A DNA stretch of 64,000 nt from a virus (taxonomy: Duplodnaviria; Caudoviricetes), in the IMG/VR virus record IMGVR_UViG_3300003086_000115. One strand, given 5' to 3'. The notes under the pieces are model-generated. The model saw only the letters and a list, made by a program, of their open reading frames with translations. It was not told the origin of the DNA and ran no database searches. Below, one piece after another: positions 49,634 to 58,656 of the stretch; the first letter of the stretch is position 1, and every line of letters starts with the position of its first letter. Made by a program: the position numbers and the translations under genes.

Positions 49634-50187
49634 AGGTTTGTTGGGTAATAAGTGAAAAATCTAAAAAAGCAGTAACAGAGTCGGATGCTTTAAAGCGGGT
49701 CGCACCTACATGGGGTAGTTGTTTAATTTATGATATGTATAATATGGACAATATTGTATGTAATGATTTTAAACTTGCAGATCGATTAATTAAGCATAAT
49801 GTGCAGAAAACTAGTAATTTCTACATAACAGCAACTGACTATATTGCATTAGGTAATCCATCGGATGTTAAAGTTTTTCAAGGTGAGTTTAAAGATACTA
49901 ATATTAACAATAAAGATGATATAGTTGCTCTTAATATAGCAATGCAGACATATGATATTGTATTGCTACTTGGATTTAGTTTTGCTAAGTCAAAGTCTAA
50001 GGACGCATTGAAAAAACATAACCAAGAGGCGTATTTGTACAATATTAGGACTATTATTAAAGAAACCCCTGATAAACAATTCGTGCTAGTGAATTACAAA
50101 GGTAAACTTAGTAAAGACTTTACTGCATTAGAAAATTTAACACGCGATTCTCTAACTAATGTGTTAGCGTTAGCACAGCAGATCTAA
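49630..50187 (+). CDS. Hypothetical protein (Rossmann-like)
   Basis: CWVI...TWGS...IVLLLGFSF. Confidence 0.5.
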   Translation: MKVCWVISEKSKKAVTESDALKRVAPTWGSCLIYDMYNMDNIVCNDFKLADRLIKHNVQKTSNFYITATDYIALGNPSDVKVFQGEFKDTNINNKDDIVALNIAMQTYDIVLLLGFSFAKSKSKDALKKHNQEAYLYNIRTIIKETPDKQFVLVNYKGKLSKDFTALENLTRDSLTNVLALAQQI

Positions 50188-50205
50188 AAATATCTTCTAA
50201 AACAC

Positions 50206-50234
50206 TTGACCTTTTATTCTTGTCTGGTTATAAT
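50206..50234 (+). promoter_or_regulatory. Sigma70 early promoter cassette
   Basis: TTGACC-17-TATAAT followed by TAACAATAAGGAG leader. Confidence 0.8.
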
Positions 50235-50263
50235 ACATGTATTATAACAATAAGGAGAGCGAC

Positions 50264-50458
50264 ATGGGAATAGTAATTACTAAAGAAGAGTTCGAAGCTA
50301 TCAAACTCAGTAAAAATGGAACAATTCAAGAGTTAATCTATACGACTAATGAAATTTCAGGTGGTCAGCGCCACATAACTATACTATGCACTGAAAAAAT
50401 GGTAGTAGTTGCAGGAAAAACAGTTACACAAAACGAAACAGAGTACGAAAGGGTATAG
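50264..50458 (+). CDS. Hypothetical early protein
   Basis: SD AAGGAG before ATG 50264. Confidence 0.55.
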   Translation: MGIVITKEEFEAIKLSKNGTIQELIYTTNEISGGQRHITILCTEKMVVVAGKTVTQNETEYERV

Positions 50459-50474
50459 TAAAGGAGGAAATATA

Positions 50475-50756
50475 ATGAAACACACTAACACAGTGTTTAA
50501 AACACAAACAGTCACATATAAAACTAACTTTATAGTAGAAACTATTACTGTACTAGTTGTAGTAGCATTATTTGTTTTTAGTTATCCAAAAACATTACAC
50601 GCTCACTCTAAGTTATACCATGATAATGTACATATATTAGATACTAAAGATAATAAGGAGACGATATTATGGCAACGGAAGACACAAATTGATACAGAAG
50701 TTACGATGGCTAGGTGCATTTACAATGACTGTAGCCGTAACTTTACACACACTTAA
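50475..50756 (+). CDS. Hypothetical membrane protein
   Basis: SD AAGGAGG; one TM segment. Confidence 0.45.
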   Translation: MKHTNTVFKTQTVTYKTNFIVETITVLVVVALFVFSYPKTLHAHSKLYHDNVHILDTKDNKETILWQRKTQIDTEVTMARCIYNDCSRNFTHT

Positions 50757-50907
50757 TATATACCCATGGAACGTATACGTACAGATGATAGGTGCGGTTG
50801 TATGGATATATGCAGGCACTAAAGAGAAAGATTGGGCACTAGTAGCTAATTTCGTCCCACAATTAGTTATTATGACAATCGGCATGGTTTACTTGACTTA
50901 CACGTAG
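50689..50907 (+). CDS. Small three-TM membrane protein
   Basis: WLGA...NIYPWN...KDWALVANF. Confidence 0.55.
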   Translation: MIQKLRWLGAFTMTVAVTLHTLNIYPWNVYVQMIGAVVWIYAGTKEKDWALVANFVPQLVIMTIGMVYLTYT

Positions 50908-51072
50908 AGTAGACTACTTTGTAACGAGCCGTTCTTAGGTAAACGGTTAAATGAATAGTGCATTTAGTTGCGTATTATTTTTAAAGTATGTATAATGCCG
51001 CAACATATTAAACAGGAAGTTTAGTATTTTATAATATAACAATTAAGTAATATAACCGTAAAGGAGAAACAT

Positions 51073-51492
51073 ATGAACAAATGGGAAAGAGAAGTATTTT
51101 TACCGAAGTTAGGCAAAAAATTAATGTCAGATAAAGAGTTTATGAGAGTGTCGAGAGAATACGATCGTAAATCACATGACGTAACAAGACAAGCGTTTAA
51201 TGATATCCATACTACTGTAGATACAATGAAAAAGGTTCAATGTTTAGCAGAAAACGTAAACCTTTTAATTAGTCTTAAAGTACAAAATTCACACGAGATG
51301 AAAGACAAGTGGACAAAGAAAGGCTACCTTAAAGAGTTGTCATCAGGTCCTATGACAGATATACGTTTTGATGACATCATGGAAAATATTGCATCTAGTA
51401 ATACTCGCAAGTTCAGAAAAGAGTACAACGTACAACGTAACGTTGCAAATTCTATCTGGGGCAAAGCAGATGGTGACGCTACTATTGCGTAA
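51073..51492 (+). CDS. Hypothetical early protein
   Basis: SD AAGGAG, own terminator. Confidence 0.6.
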   Translation: MNKWEREVFLPKLGKKLMSDKEFMRVSREYDRKSHDVTRQAFNDIHTTVDTMKKVQCLAENVNLLISLKVQNSHEMKDKWTKKGYLKELSSGPMTDIRFDDIMENIASSNTRKFRKEYNVQRNVANSIWGKADGDATIA

Positions 51493-51550
51493 ATTTGTTA
51501 TGTAGTAATTTAGTGAGGAAAATTACGAGATGCAATATATAAAAGCTAAA

Positions 51551-51579
51551 AGGCTAAGTCGACGGACTTAGCTTTTTTT
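51551..51579 (+). terminator. Intrinsic terminator
   Basis: GCTAAGTC-GACG-GACTTAGC-TTTTTTT. Confidence 0.85.
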
Positions 51580-51674
51580 ATGATTTAATGAAATATAGGT
51601 TGACTTTTAGAACAATTTAAGTTATATTATGCATTGAACAATCTTGTTCGAATACGATATATAGGAGAATATAT

Positions 51675-52148
51675 ATGAAAGATGGTACAAACAGAATACT
51701 TAAGGTAGTTGTAGGCGCTGATATATCAACTGATGAAAAAATGGAACTTATTAAAATCTTAATAGATGCTGATCAAAAGCCTACAGAGACAACAGAATCA
51801 GAACCAACCTTTACAGTAAGACCTAACAGAATGCCGACTGCTACAAAGAAGAGAACAAAGCACAATCTTTCATGGGAACACACCGATCGTGTTAGATTGT
51901 TTGAGCGAATGGTTGAAGTTTGGGGGCCATTTTCATCATGGACCGGCGAAGTAACTCCAGGCACAAATACGTTTAAGGCAGAGTTAGAGATGCTTGGAAA
52001 TGAATTTGGTAGAACACCTGGTGCAATTAAAGCTCAGATGCTATCGGCTATTTCTAAAATGTCAACAGATAAAAACACAGCATCTACAAAAAGATCTGTA
52101 GAGGCGGCTATGATAGCAGGCTTTGTGTCTGACCCAGAAATTTATTAA
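51675..52148 (+). CDS. Hypothetical protein with HTH/Myb-like segment
   Basis: WEHTDRVRL...LGNEFGRTPGAIKAQM. Confidence 0.5.
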   Translation: MKDGTNRILKVVVGADISTDEKMELIKILIDADQKPTETTESEPTFTVRPNRMPTATKKRTKHNLSWEHTDRVRLFERMVEVWGPFSSWTGEVTPGTNTFKAELEMLGNEFGRTPGAIKAQMLSAISKMSTDKNTASTKRSVEAAMIAGFVSDPEIY

Positions 52149-52156
52149 GTAACAAA

Positions 52157-52232
52157 ACAGATCGTACAATCCTCCCTTGAAGCAGTTAGGTGCCGCTTAA
52201 AGTCTAAATTTAACGCACGATCTGTGTTTTTT
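52157..52232 (+). ncRNA. Candidate sRNA element E1
   Basis: 9-bp stem ACAGATCGT/ACGATCTGT enclosing ATCCTCCCTTGA, followed by U-tract. Confidence 0.4.
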
Positions 52233-52332
52233 ATGTTATCATTTTAGACAGCACCAATTCATTCCAGCACAAACGATAAAACATGTCGGTACATGCTACT
52301 AAAATCATATATAATCATTTAGAAGACCGCAA

Positions 52333-52406
52333 TGCTTATCTAGATCTCCGTTGAGTAGAGGGCGTCTACTTTTAAGTTTATGAACGACTAGATAAGCAGG
52401 TTTTTT
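52333..52406 (+). ncRNA. Candidate sRNA element E2
   Basis: 11-bp stem TGCTTATCTAG/CTAGATAAGCA enclosing ATCTCCGTTGA and hairpin AGTAGA/TCTACT; U-tract; TATAAT at 52310. Confidence 0.45.
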
Positions 52407-52471
52407 CATATTTTGTTCATGAGCAACGCCCACCTAATTAGTATAAGTAAATATAGCCACTGAGGAGAGCT

Positions 52472-52639
52472 ATGAAAAACTTATTCATTATAATACATTT
52501 GTCTTCTGTAGCATTAGCGTTGGTATTAGTTGGTTTTTATGCACCAGAAGTTTGGGTGTGTGCTACATACGCTTTGTTTATAGGATCACTAGTCGCATGC
52601 GAAGCATGTAAGTCTGCAATTAAACACAAGATAATGTGA
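52472..52639 (+). CDS. Small hydrophobic protein
   Basis: SD GAGGAG, MKNLFIIIHLSSVALALVLVG..., below the ORF-track cut-off. Confidence 0.45.
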   Translation: MKNLFIIIHLSSVALALVLVGFYAPEVWVCATYALFIGSLVACEACKSAIKHKIM

Positions 52640-52878
52640 TACATCTTGACGATATAGAGAAATTTTGGGTACATGACGAAGAAGTAGAACGTTATGTAAC
52701 CGCAGATGAGTTAGAAAGATATCTGCAATATGGTTGGGAACCAGGCAGAATGCGCGATTGTTGTTGTCATTGCGGACAAGAGTTTAACAAAGTGTATTGC
52801 AAAAACCACGAAGTACGATGTAAGAAGAAACTAACACGCAGACTTATAAAACTTAAATATTTACAGGCAATAAAATGA
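52636..52878 (+). CDS. Small zinc-finger protein
   Basis: YLQYGWEPGR, CCHCG...HEVRC. Confidence 0.5.
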   Translation: MIHLDDIEKFWVHDEEVERYVTADELERYLQYGWEPGRMRDCCCHCGQEFNKVYCKNHEVRCKKKLTRRLIKLKYLQAIK

Positions 52879-52964
52879 TCCAAGGTATAAATGCATGACT
52901 ATCTGTAATAATAGACTTTCTTATCATAGGAGCACCTTTTTTCGAAAATATCCTTAACTAATGG

Positions 52965-52993
52965 TTGACCTTTTTGCCTTTATAGGTTATAAT
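52965..52993 (+). promoter_or_regulatory. Sigma70 early promoter cassette
   Basis: TTGACC-17-TATAAT then AAACAATAAGGAAAG. Confidence 0.8.
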
Positions 52994-53021
52994 ATGTATA
53001 TTAAACAATAAGGAAAGGGAT

Positions 53022-53372
53022 ATGAAAAAGATCATTTTAGCAACGTTATTAAGTGCATCAGTATTTTTAACAGGTGTAGTACAAGCAAAAGAATACAATT
53101 CCGGATTAAAAACAACAATAAGCAAAATTACTGTTACGTTTGAGTTCGTAAAGAATAAAGATGCTGTAAAGAAGCGTTGGCATGAAGAATCAAAAAATAA
53201 TCCATATAGTGCAAAAGCCACTATTCATGCGTTTACTTACTATCCAAATAACGCATTAGACACTTGTTCTATTGTAATGCCTAAGCCTAACAATTGGAAC
53301 GACGGCGATTCTTTTGATTCTATTGGACATGAGATTATGCATTGTTTAGGTGCTGTTCACCCAGGAGAGTAA
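53022..53372 (+). CDS. Secreted minimal zinc metalloprotease-like protein
   Basis: Signal peptide; HEIMHCLGAVH = HExxHxxGxxH. Confidence 0.65.
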   Translation: MKKIILATLLSASVFLTGVVQAKEYNSGLKTTISKITVTFEFVKNKDAVKKRWHEESKNNPYSAKATIHAFTYYPNNALDTCSIVMPKPNNWNDGDSFDSIGHEIMHCLGAVHPGE

Positions 53373-53375
53373 TAT

Positions 53376-53406
53376 AAAAGGTCCCTTTAGTTTAGGGGCT
53401 TTTTTT
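53376..53406 (+). terminator. Intrinsic terminator
   Basis: AAAAGGTCCCT-loop-AGGGGCTTTTTT. Confidence 0.75.
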
Positions 53407-53453
53407 GACTAAAAAATGTTATAATATAGGCTCATTTAATAAAGGAACAGTAT

Positions 53454-53858
53454 ATGATTAAGAAAGTAACTTTTGCGGCAACATTAGTAACATCGGTATT
53501 ATTAACAGGATGTTTTGATAGCGACAAAGCACCAGAAGAAATTGCTCCAGTATCAGAGTATACACTAGAGCCAGTAGTTGAGACAATAGCAGAAGAAATT
53601 GCTCCAGAAATAGTAGAACAGGTATTAACAAACGGCAAAGTAATGTACAACAATTTAGGTTGTTCAGGTTGTCACGGTGCTGGAGGTAACTCAGTGATAC
53701 CATCATACCCTTCATTAGCGGGTAAAGATGCTAGTTGGATCTTTCAACAGTTAAAAGACTTCCAGTCTGGCGCTCGTATAGATGCAACAATGAATGCAAT
53801 GGCACCGATGGCCGAAGGCCATGAGCAAGCAATTGCTGATTACTTATCGAATCAGTAG
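53454..53858 (+). CDS. Lipoprotein class I cytochrome c (c553/c4-like)
   Basis: Lipobox LLTGC; heme motif CSGCH; YPSLAG...QLKDFQSGAR...M axial ligand. Confidence 0.88.
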   Translation: MIKKVTFAATLVTSVLLTGCFDSDKAPEEIAPVSEYTLEPVVETIAEEIAPEIVEQVLTNGKVMYNNLGCSGCHGAGGNSVIPSYPSLAGKDASWIFQQLKDFQSGARIDATMNAMAPMAEGHEQAIADYLSNQ

Positions 53859-53877
53859 ATCTTTCTGACTACTTCGG

Positions 53878-53906
53878 TTGACAACCTGTTCCTTTTAGCC
53901 TATAAT
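53878..53906 (+). promoter_or_regulatory. Sigma70 early promoter cassette
   Basis: TTGACA-17-TATAAT then ACGTAGTATATTAAATAGCAATAAGGGA. Confidence 0.85.
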
Positions 53907-53939
53907 ACGTAGTATATTAAATAGCAATAAGGGAACAAG

Positions 53940-54179
53940 ATGAAAATGAAATCAATTAAAGAATTTAGTGAAAAAACACAAATTAACGCATTTGGTTGTT
54001 TAGAAGCAGACTTAGATTCAGCATTAGACCGTGTGCTATTTTCAGATCCTGTAATGGTTGCAATGAGTGATATGTCAAATGCACAAGAGTTAATGCGAAT
54101 GGGTGAAACGGAAGAAGCTCGTCAGCTTATTAACAGAGCGAAATATTATCTATCAACTGTATTAGAGGAAAGAGTATAA
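53940..54179 (+). CDS. Hypothetical early protein
   Basis: Directly after promoter; SDMSNAQELM...ARQLINRAKY. Confidence 0.6.
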   Translation: MKMKSIKEFSEKTQINAFGCLEADLDSALDRVLFSDPVMVAMSDMSNAQELMRMGETEEARQLINRAKYYLSTVLEERV

Positions 54180-54766
54180 TGATATTTTTAGATAGCGTTG
54201 GTTCTGTAGTTAACAAAGCAGGTACTATGTACCCAGCACTAGCTAGCGTAGACTCTAAATATACTTTAGAGCCAGATTTAGACCAAGGTATTAGCATGAC
54301 AGACCCTGAGTTAAATTGCGAAGTATATAAAAATATGTCGTGGAGCGATAGAGAATTCCTAAGAAAGTTTGTAGGTGACGACTTATTCAAAGAAATGGAA
54401 CGTAATTCTAAAACTAATAGTATTAACGATAACTTTGTTTGGACTACGGAAGATCAACTTAACGCTGATTTAATTGAAGCAACAGACGGAGGCTTACTGT
54501 ATGACGATGTATATCCAGAAGAAACTAGAGAACCAGATGATGTAGAAGAGCATGCGTATGAAATATTCCACGAAGTATACAAAGATGAGTTTAACTATGT
54601 TAAAGAGCATATTAAGAACAAGAAATTAATATTTGATGACATCAGCGATATCGAAGCAGTATGGCATACAGTTGAAGAACTACTGCACGTGGCTGAGTTT
54701 TGGGAGCATGAAGGATTTACCTTTAAATTTACTAAAGATGTTACAAAATGGATAGAAGGTTTATAG
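54179..54766 (+). CDS. Acidic hypothetical protein
   Basis: Coupled ORF. Confidence 0.55.
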   Translation: MIFLDSVGSVVNKAGTMYPALASVDSKYTLEPDLDQGISMTDPELNCEVYKNMSWSDREFLRKFVGDDLFKEMERNSKTNSINDNFVWTTEDQLNADLIEATDGGLLYDDVYPEETREPDDVEEHAYEIFHEVYKDEFNYVKEHIKNKKLIFDDISDIEAVWHTVEELLHVAEFWEHEGFTFKFTKDVTKWIEGL

Positions 54767-54771
54767 ATTAA

Positions 54772-55098
54772 ATGAGCAAAACAAAATATGCTTTACAAGC
54801 AGAAGGTAAAAACACAGTAATTGCATACGTGTTATGGTGGTTCTTAGGAGCAATCGGTGTACACAGAATGTACTTAGGTAGAACAGGATCTGGTGTTGCT
54901 ATGCTATCATTGTTTATAATTGGTATAGTAACAGCGGTTCTTGCTGTAGGGTATATCTTTTTGTCGATAGTTGGTATATGGTGGTTGGTAGACGGATTTC
55001 TTACATACAGCATGGTTAAAGAAGAGAACACGAAACGTGGGTTGTTAAGTTCGGCAATTATTGTAACATCAGAAGAAAATCCACCAAATATAAGTTAA
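54772..55098 (+). CDS. TM2 domain membrane protein
   Basis: KNTVIAYVLWWFLGAIGVHRMYLG...WWLVD. Confidence 0.85.
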   Translation: MSKTKYALQAEGKNTVIAYVLWWFLGAIGVHRMYLGRTGSGVAMLSLFIIGIVTAVLAVGYIFLSIVGIWWLVDGFLTYSMVKEENTKRGLLSSAIIVTSEENPPNIS

Positions 55099-55115
55099 TT
55101 ATAACGGAGAACAGT

Positions 55116-55421
55116 ATGAAAAAATTATTAGCAGTAGCATTACTAACAACAGGATTATCAGCACAAGCAATGTCACCGAATGAGATGTTGGTAATTGTAG
55201 GCGCAGTTAAGTATTACAATGAGAACTGTGCAGGTTTAACATTTGCGGGTGTTAATACGATGAATAAAGGTCTTAGAAGATTTAATATGGACAGAACACC
55301 AATAGCATTCCTTGAATCAACACCAATGGCAGTATCGGGATATAAAACTGCTGAGAAGTTTGGTTGCGAAGGAACTAAAAGAGAAGCGCAAAAAGCAGGC
55401 TTTGGTGCATACGTTAATTAA
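55116..55421 (+). CDS. Secreted hypothetical protein
   Basis: Signal peptide MKKLLAVALLTTGLSAQA; two Cys. Confidence 0.6.
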   Translation: MKKLLAVALLTTGLSAQAMSPNEMLVIVGAVKYYNENCAGLTFAGVNTMNKGLRRFNMDRTPIAFLESTPMAVSGYKTAEKFGCEGTKREAQKAGFGAYVN

Positions 55422-55453
55422 GTAAAGAATATAGATCTTTTTACCTAAAACGG

Positions 55454-55482
55454 TTGACAGATTAACTTTTTGATCCTATAAT
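55454..55482 (+). promoter_or_regulatory. Sigma70 early promoter cassette
   Basis: TTGACA-17-TATAAT then ATGTAGTATAAACAATAAG. Confidence 0.85.
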
Positions 55483-55539
55483 ATGTAGTATAAACAATAA
55501 GAACTGTTTATAACTTTAAATAACTGTAAGGAGAAGTAT

Positions 55540-55758
55540 ATGATTAAATTTTTATTAGGCGGTTTAGTAGCGTTGGCATTAGTTGGCGGAGCAATCTCAT
55601 TTACTGCAACTGAGCACAGTTGGAACCTATCAGTAGATAAAAAACTAGCATTAACTAGTGTTGTAGACGGTGTATCTAAAGTTTATACTGTTGGCAGTGA
55701 GATAGTTGCTGACGTTAAAGAAGCTAAAGAAGCTAAAAAAGACGGCACAGGTTTATAG
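55540..55758 (+). CDS. Small membrane/secreted protein
   Basis: SD AAGGAG; hydrophobic N-terminus. Confidence 0.55.
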   Translation: MIKFLLGGLVALALVGGAISFTATEHSWNLSVDKKLALTSVVDGVSKVYTVGSEIVADVKEAKEAKKDGTGL

Positions 55759-55909
55759 ACCGATTAAACTTTAACAGTATCGCAGAGACAAGTATGAAAT
55801 AGCGGATTTCTTAGTATTATTCGGTAAGAAAATTAACAAATAAATAGTTGAAACAAATAAAGGGCAACTTTATGGCGTCCTTTTTCAATAACTATTTAGG
55901 AATTAATTT

Positions 55910-56305
55910 ATGAAGACTGTTATTACGATATTAGGTACTATATTAATAGTAGGATACACAAACGCCGATCCTAGAAGCACTGCAAAGTACGAATCAGACC
56001 TTAACGTATTGCAAGATGCATCAGTAATAAACTTTCAATGGGGTACACAAAAAGAAGTAAACGAAATATGGCAAGCAAAGTACAACGGCGATGTCCTTGG
56101 ATTTGCACAGTACGATATTCCAGGAGTTCTTTGTACGATTAACGCTGTTAAGCCATCGGATTGGAACGACAAACTTTCAATGGAAGTTATTGGACATGAA
56201 TTAATGCATTGTATAGGTGCTAAACATGACAATGATAACAACGGACTAGAATTAAAAGAGTCTCTTAGCGATGAATTGCACACAGAATCAGAACTAGAGG
56301 AATAG
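55910..56305 (+). CDS. Secreted minimal zinc metalloprotease-like protein (paralogue of 53022)
   Basis: Signal peptide; KPSDWND...IGHELMHCIGAKH. Confidence 0.65.
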   Translation: MKTVITILGTILIVGYTNADPRSTAKYESDLNVLQDASVINFQWGTQKEVNEIWQAKYNGDVLGFAQYDIPGVLCTINAVKPSDWNDKLSMEVIGHELMHCIGAKHDNDNNGLELKESLSDELHTESELEE

Positions 56306-56329
56306 TGGACTGGAAAAATTATAATAAAA

Positions 56330-57940
56330 TTGAAAACTTTTAGCCAAGTAATTAGCAATCTAAACACACAATATGATGTTGATGGTCCTATTGATGTGTC
56401 GTTGTTCTTTACAAAAAACGGTAAAGGTTGGTTATACAACTTACTTAAAAAGCACTATCAAGAAGTATATAAAGATAATTACAGATTAGTTCTCTACTTT
56501 GATAAGGATCAGTACCTTTATGCAAATCAACCTGGTGAATTAATATCAACGTTGCAACAGTACGTTGCAGAGATTGACATATCTCATTTTTTTATTGTGA
56601 TCTTATCGACTAATAGCAATGTTGTTAAAGATTTAGAGACTGTTAGATCATTGTATTCTACTGATACTGTACCTATTACCCATATCCAGGTCAGTGATAT
56701 AGACTGTAAAGTTTATCATACTGATACAAAAGAAGAAGTAGATACGTTCTGTGTTAAGCCATGGACTCATCTATATATAGGTGCCGACGGCAATGTTCTT
56801 CCTTGTTGCGTTGCTAACTATAGACATCCTATAGGAAATATAAAAGATAGCACAATTAACAACATTATTAATTTTGATAAATTTAAAGATATACGGAAAC
56901 AAATGCTTCAAAATGAAAGACCTGTAGAGTGTATTAGATGCTACGAACAAGAAGATACCGGAACAGAGTCACTTAGAATCGTAGCCAATAATAGGGATCC
57001 TGTACTTTCAGAAGAAGTATATAACAATGCTAATACGGATGGCAGTATCTATAATTTTGTACCTAAATCTATGGATATTCGGATTAATAATGTATGCAAT
57101 CTAAAGTGTAGATTTTGCACAGGGTACAGCAGTAGCCGACTTGAAGCTGAAGAGAAAATAACTAAGGTACATGGCGTAGATACTTACAATACATTAACTC
57201 TCCGAGAACGTGATACTGCTCTGCCAGAAATCTTAAAAGCAGTAGATTCGATAGAGTCTATTTATTTTGCTGGTGGAGAGCCGTTAATAATGGAAGAACA
57301 CTATGCGATATTGCAACGGCTTATTGAACTTAATAAGACTGATATTAACATTAGGTATAATACTAACCTTACTAAGCTAACATATAAGCACAACAACGTT
57401 ATAGATTATTGGAAACAGTTTTCGGATATAACAGTAGGTATTAGTCTTGACGCTAGCAATACGTATGCTGAGTATATTCGACATGGAACTAAATGGAGCA
57501 ATATTGAAGAGAACTATAATATTCTTACTAATGATTGTCCACACGTTAATCTAAACATTACATCAACTATCTGTTTGTATAACGTATTCAGGTTAATAGA
57601 GTTTCATCAAGAGTGGCTACATTCAAAGAAAGTTACACCTAGCCAGCTTCGTGTTGAGTTGCTAACAGACCCAGATTACCTATCGATACAGGTGTTGCCA
57701 ATGTTGTATAAGCACCGTTTAGACGATGCAATTAATAACCATATTACATTACTTGAAACTTATAGTGATAGCAAAACAGCAATTGATAAGTGGAAAGAGA
57801 TACAGGTTCACTTATTTGCAGTTGATAATAGTTTCAAGTTAGATAAGTTTTTCAAGTACACCGACACACTCGACACTCATCGCAGTGAGAATTTTGAAGA
57901 TGTGTACTTGGAATTTACAGATTTAAGGCAATACATTTGA
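56330..57940 (+). CDS. Radical SAM protein with SPASM/Twitch-like domain N-terminal to the core
   Basis: FCVKPW...VLPCC...ECIRCY, then CNLKCRFC, FAGGEP, YNTN, ISLD. Confidence 0.85.
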   Translation: MKTFSQVISNLNTQYDVDGPIDVSLFFTKNGKGWLYNLLKKHYQEVYKDNYRLVLYFDKDQYLYANQPGELISTLQQYVAEIDISHFFIVILSTNSNVVKDLETVRSLYSTDTVPITHIQVSDIDCKVYHTDTKEEVDTFCVKPWTHLYIGADGNVLPCCVANYRHPIGNIKDSTINNIINFDKFKDIRKQMLQNERPVECIRCYEQEDTGTESLRIVANNRDPVLSEEVYNNANTDGSIYNFVPKSMDIRINNVCNLKCRFCTGYSSSRLEAEEKITKVHGVDTYNTLTLRERDTALPEILKAVDSIESIYFAGGEPLIMEEHYAILQRLIELNKTDINIRYNTNLTKLTYKHNNVIDYWKQFSDITVGISLDASNTYAEYIRHGTKWSNIEENYNILTNDCPHVNLNITSTICLYNVFRLIEFHQEWLHSKKVTPSQLRVELLTDPDYLSIQVLPMLYKHRLDDAINNHITLLETYSDSKTAIDKWKEIQVHLFAVDNSFKLDKFFKYTDTLDTHRSENFEDVYLEFTDLRQYI

Positions 57941-57986
57941 GTACCATGTGTTATAATAGAGTAACTTTTTATCAGGGGAATAAGTA

Positions 57987-58534
57987 ATGCCAAATTTTGT
58001 ACCAACAGTAATAGAGAAGTCATCTGACGGTGAAAGAGCGTATGATATATATTCGCGCTTATTAAAAGTATTGTATCGCAGTTTTTGTTCTTAGAGAGCC
58101 AAGATCCGGACAAGGATATCTTGTTCTATATTAATAGTCCAGGTGGCAGTGTAACTGCAGGCATGGCTATATACGATACTATGAACTTTATCAGTTGTGA
58201 TGTTAGTACAATTGTTATGGGGCAAGCTTGCAGTATGGGTAGTTTGTTATCAACAGCAGGTGTTAAGGGCAAACGTTACATATTGCCTAATGCACGTCAT
58301 ATGATACACCAACCATTGGGCGGTTCTTCAGGACAAGCAACAGAAGTAGAGATACAGTACAAAGAGTTACAGCGTTGGAAAGAAGTATTAACTAACATAT
58401 ATGTTACGCACACAGGTAAAGACTACGCTACACTAGAAGCAGACATGGATAGAGATAACTTCATGACTGCACAAGAATCTGTAGATTACGGGCTTGTAGA
58501 TGAAATAGTATCTAATAGAAAAAAGTCAGAGTAA
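57987..58534 (+). pseudogene. clpP: ClpP protease, frameshifted by an internal deletion at 58067/58068
   Basis: [27 protein letters not shown] then frame change to IVSQFLFLE...YINSPGG...ACSMG...MIHQP...DRD. Confidence 0.88.
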
Positions 58535-58656
58535 GTATTTAGGTAAAACACAGGTTAAATTAGATTGTCCTAAGGTTAAAATTGTTATATAGTACACACA
58601 TGCACAACAACAAAGCAATACGTTATGCATATATTATAACTAATAGGAGAAGTACA

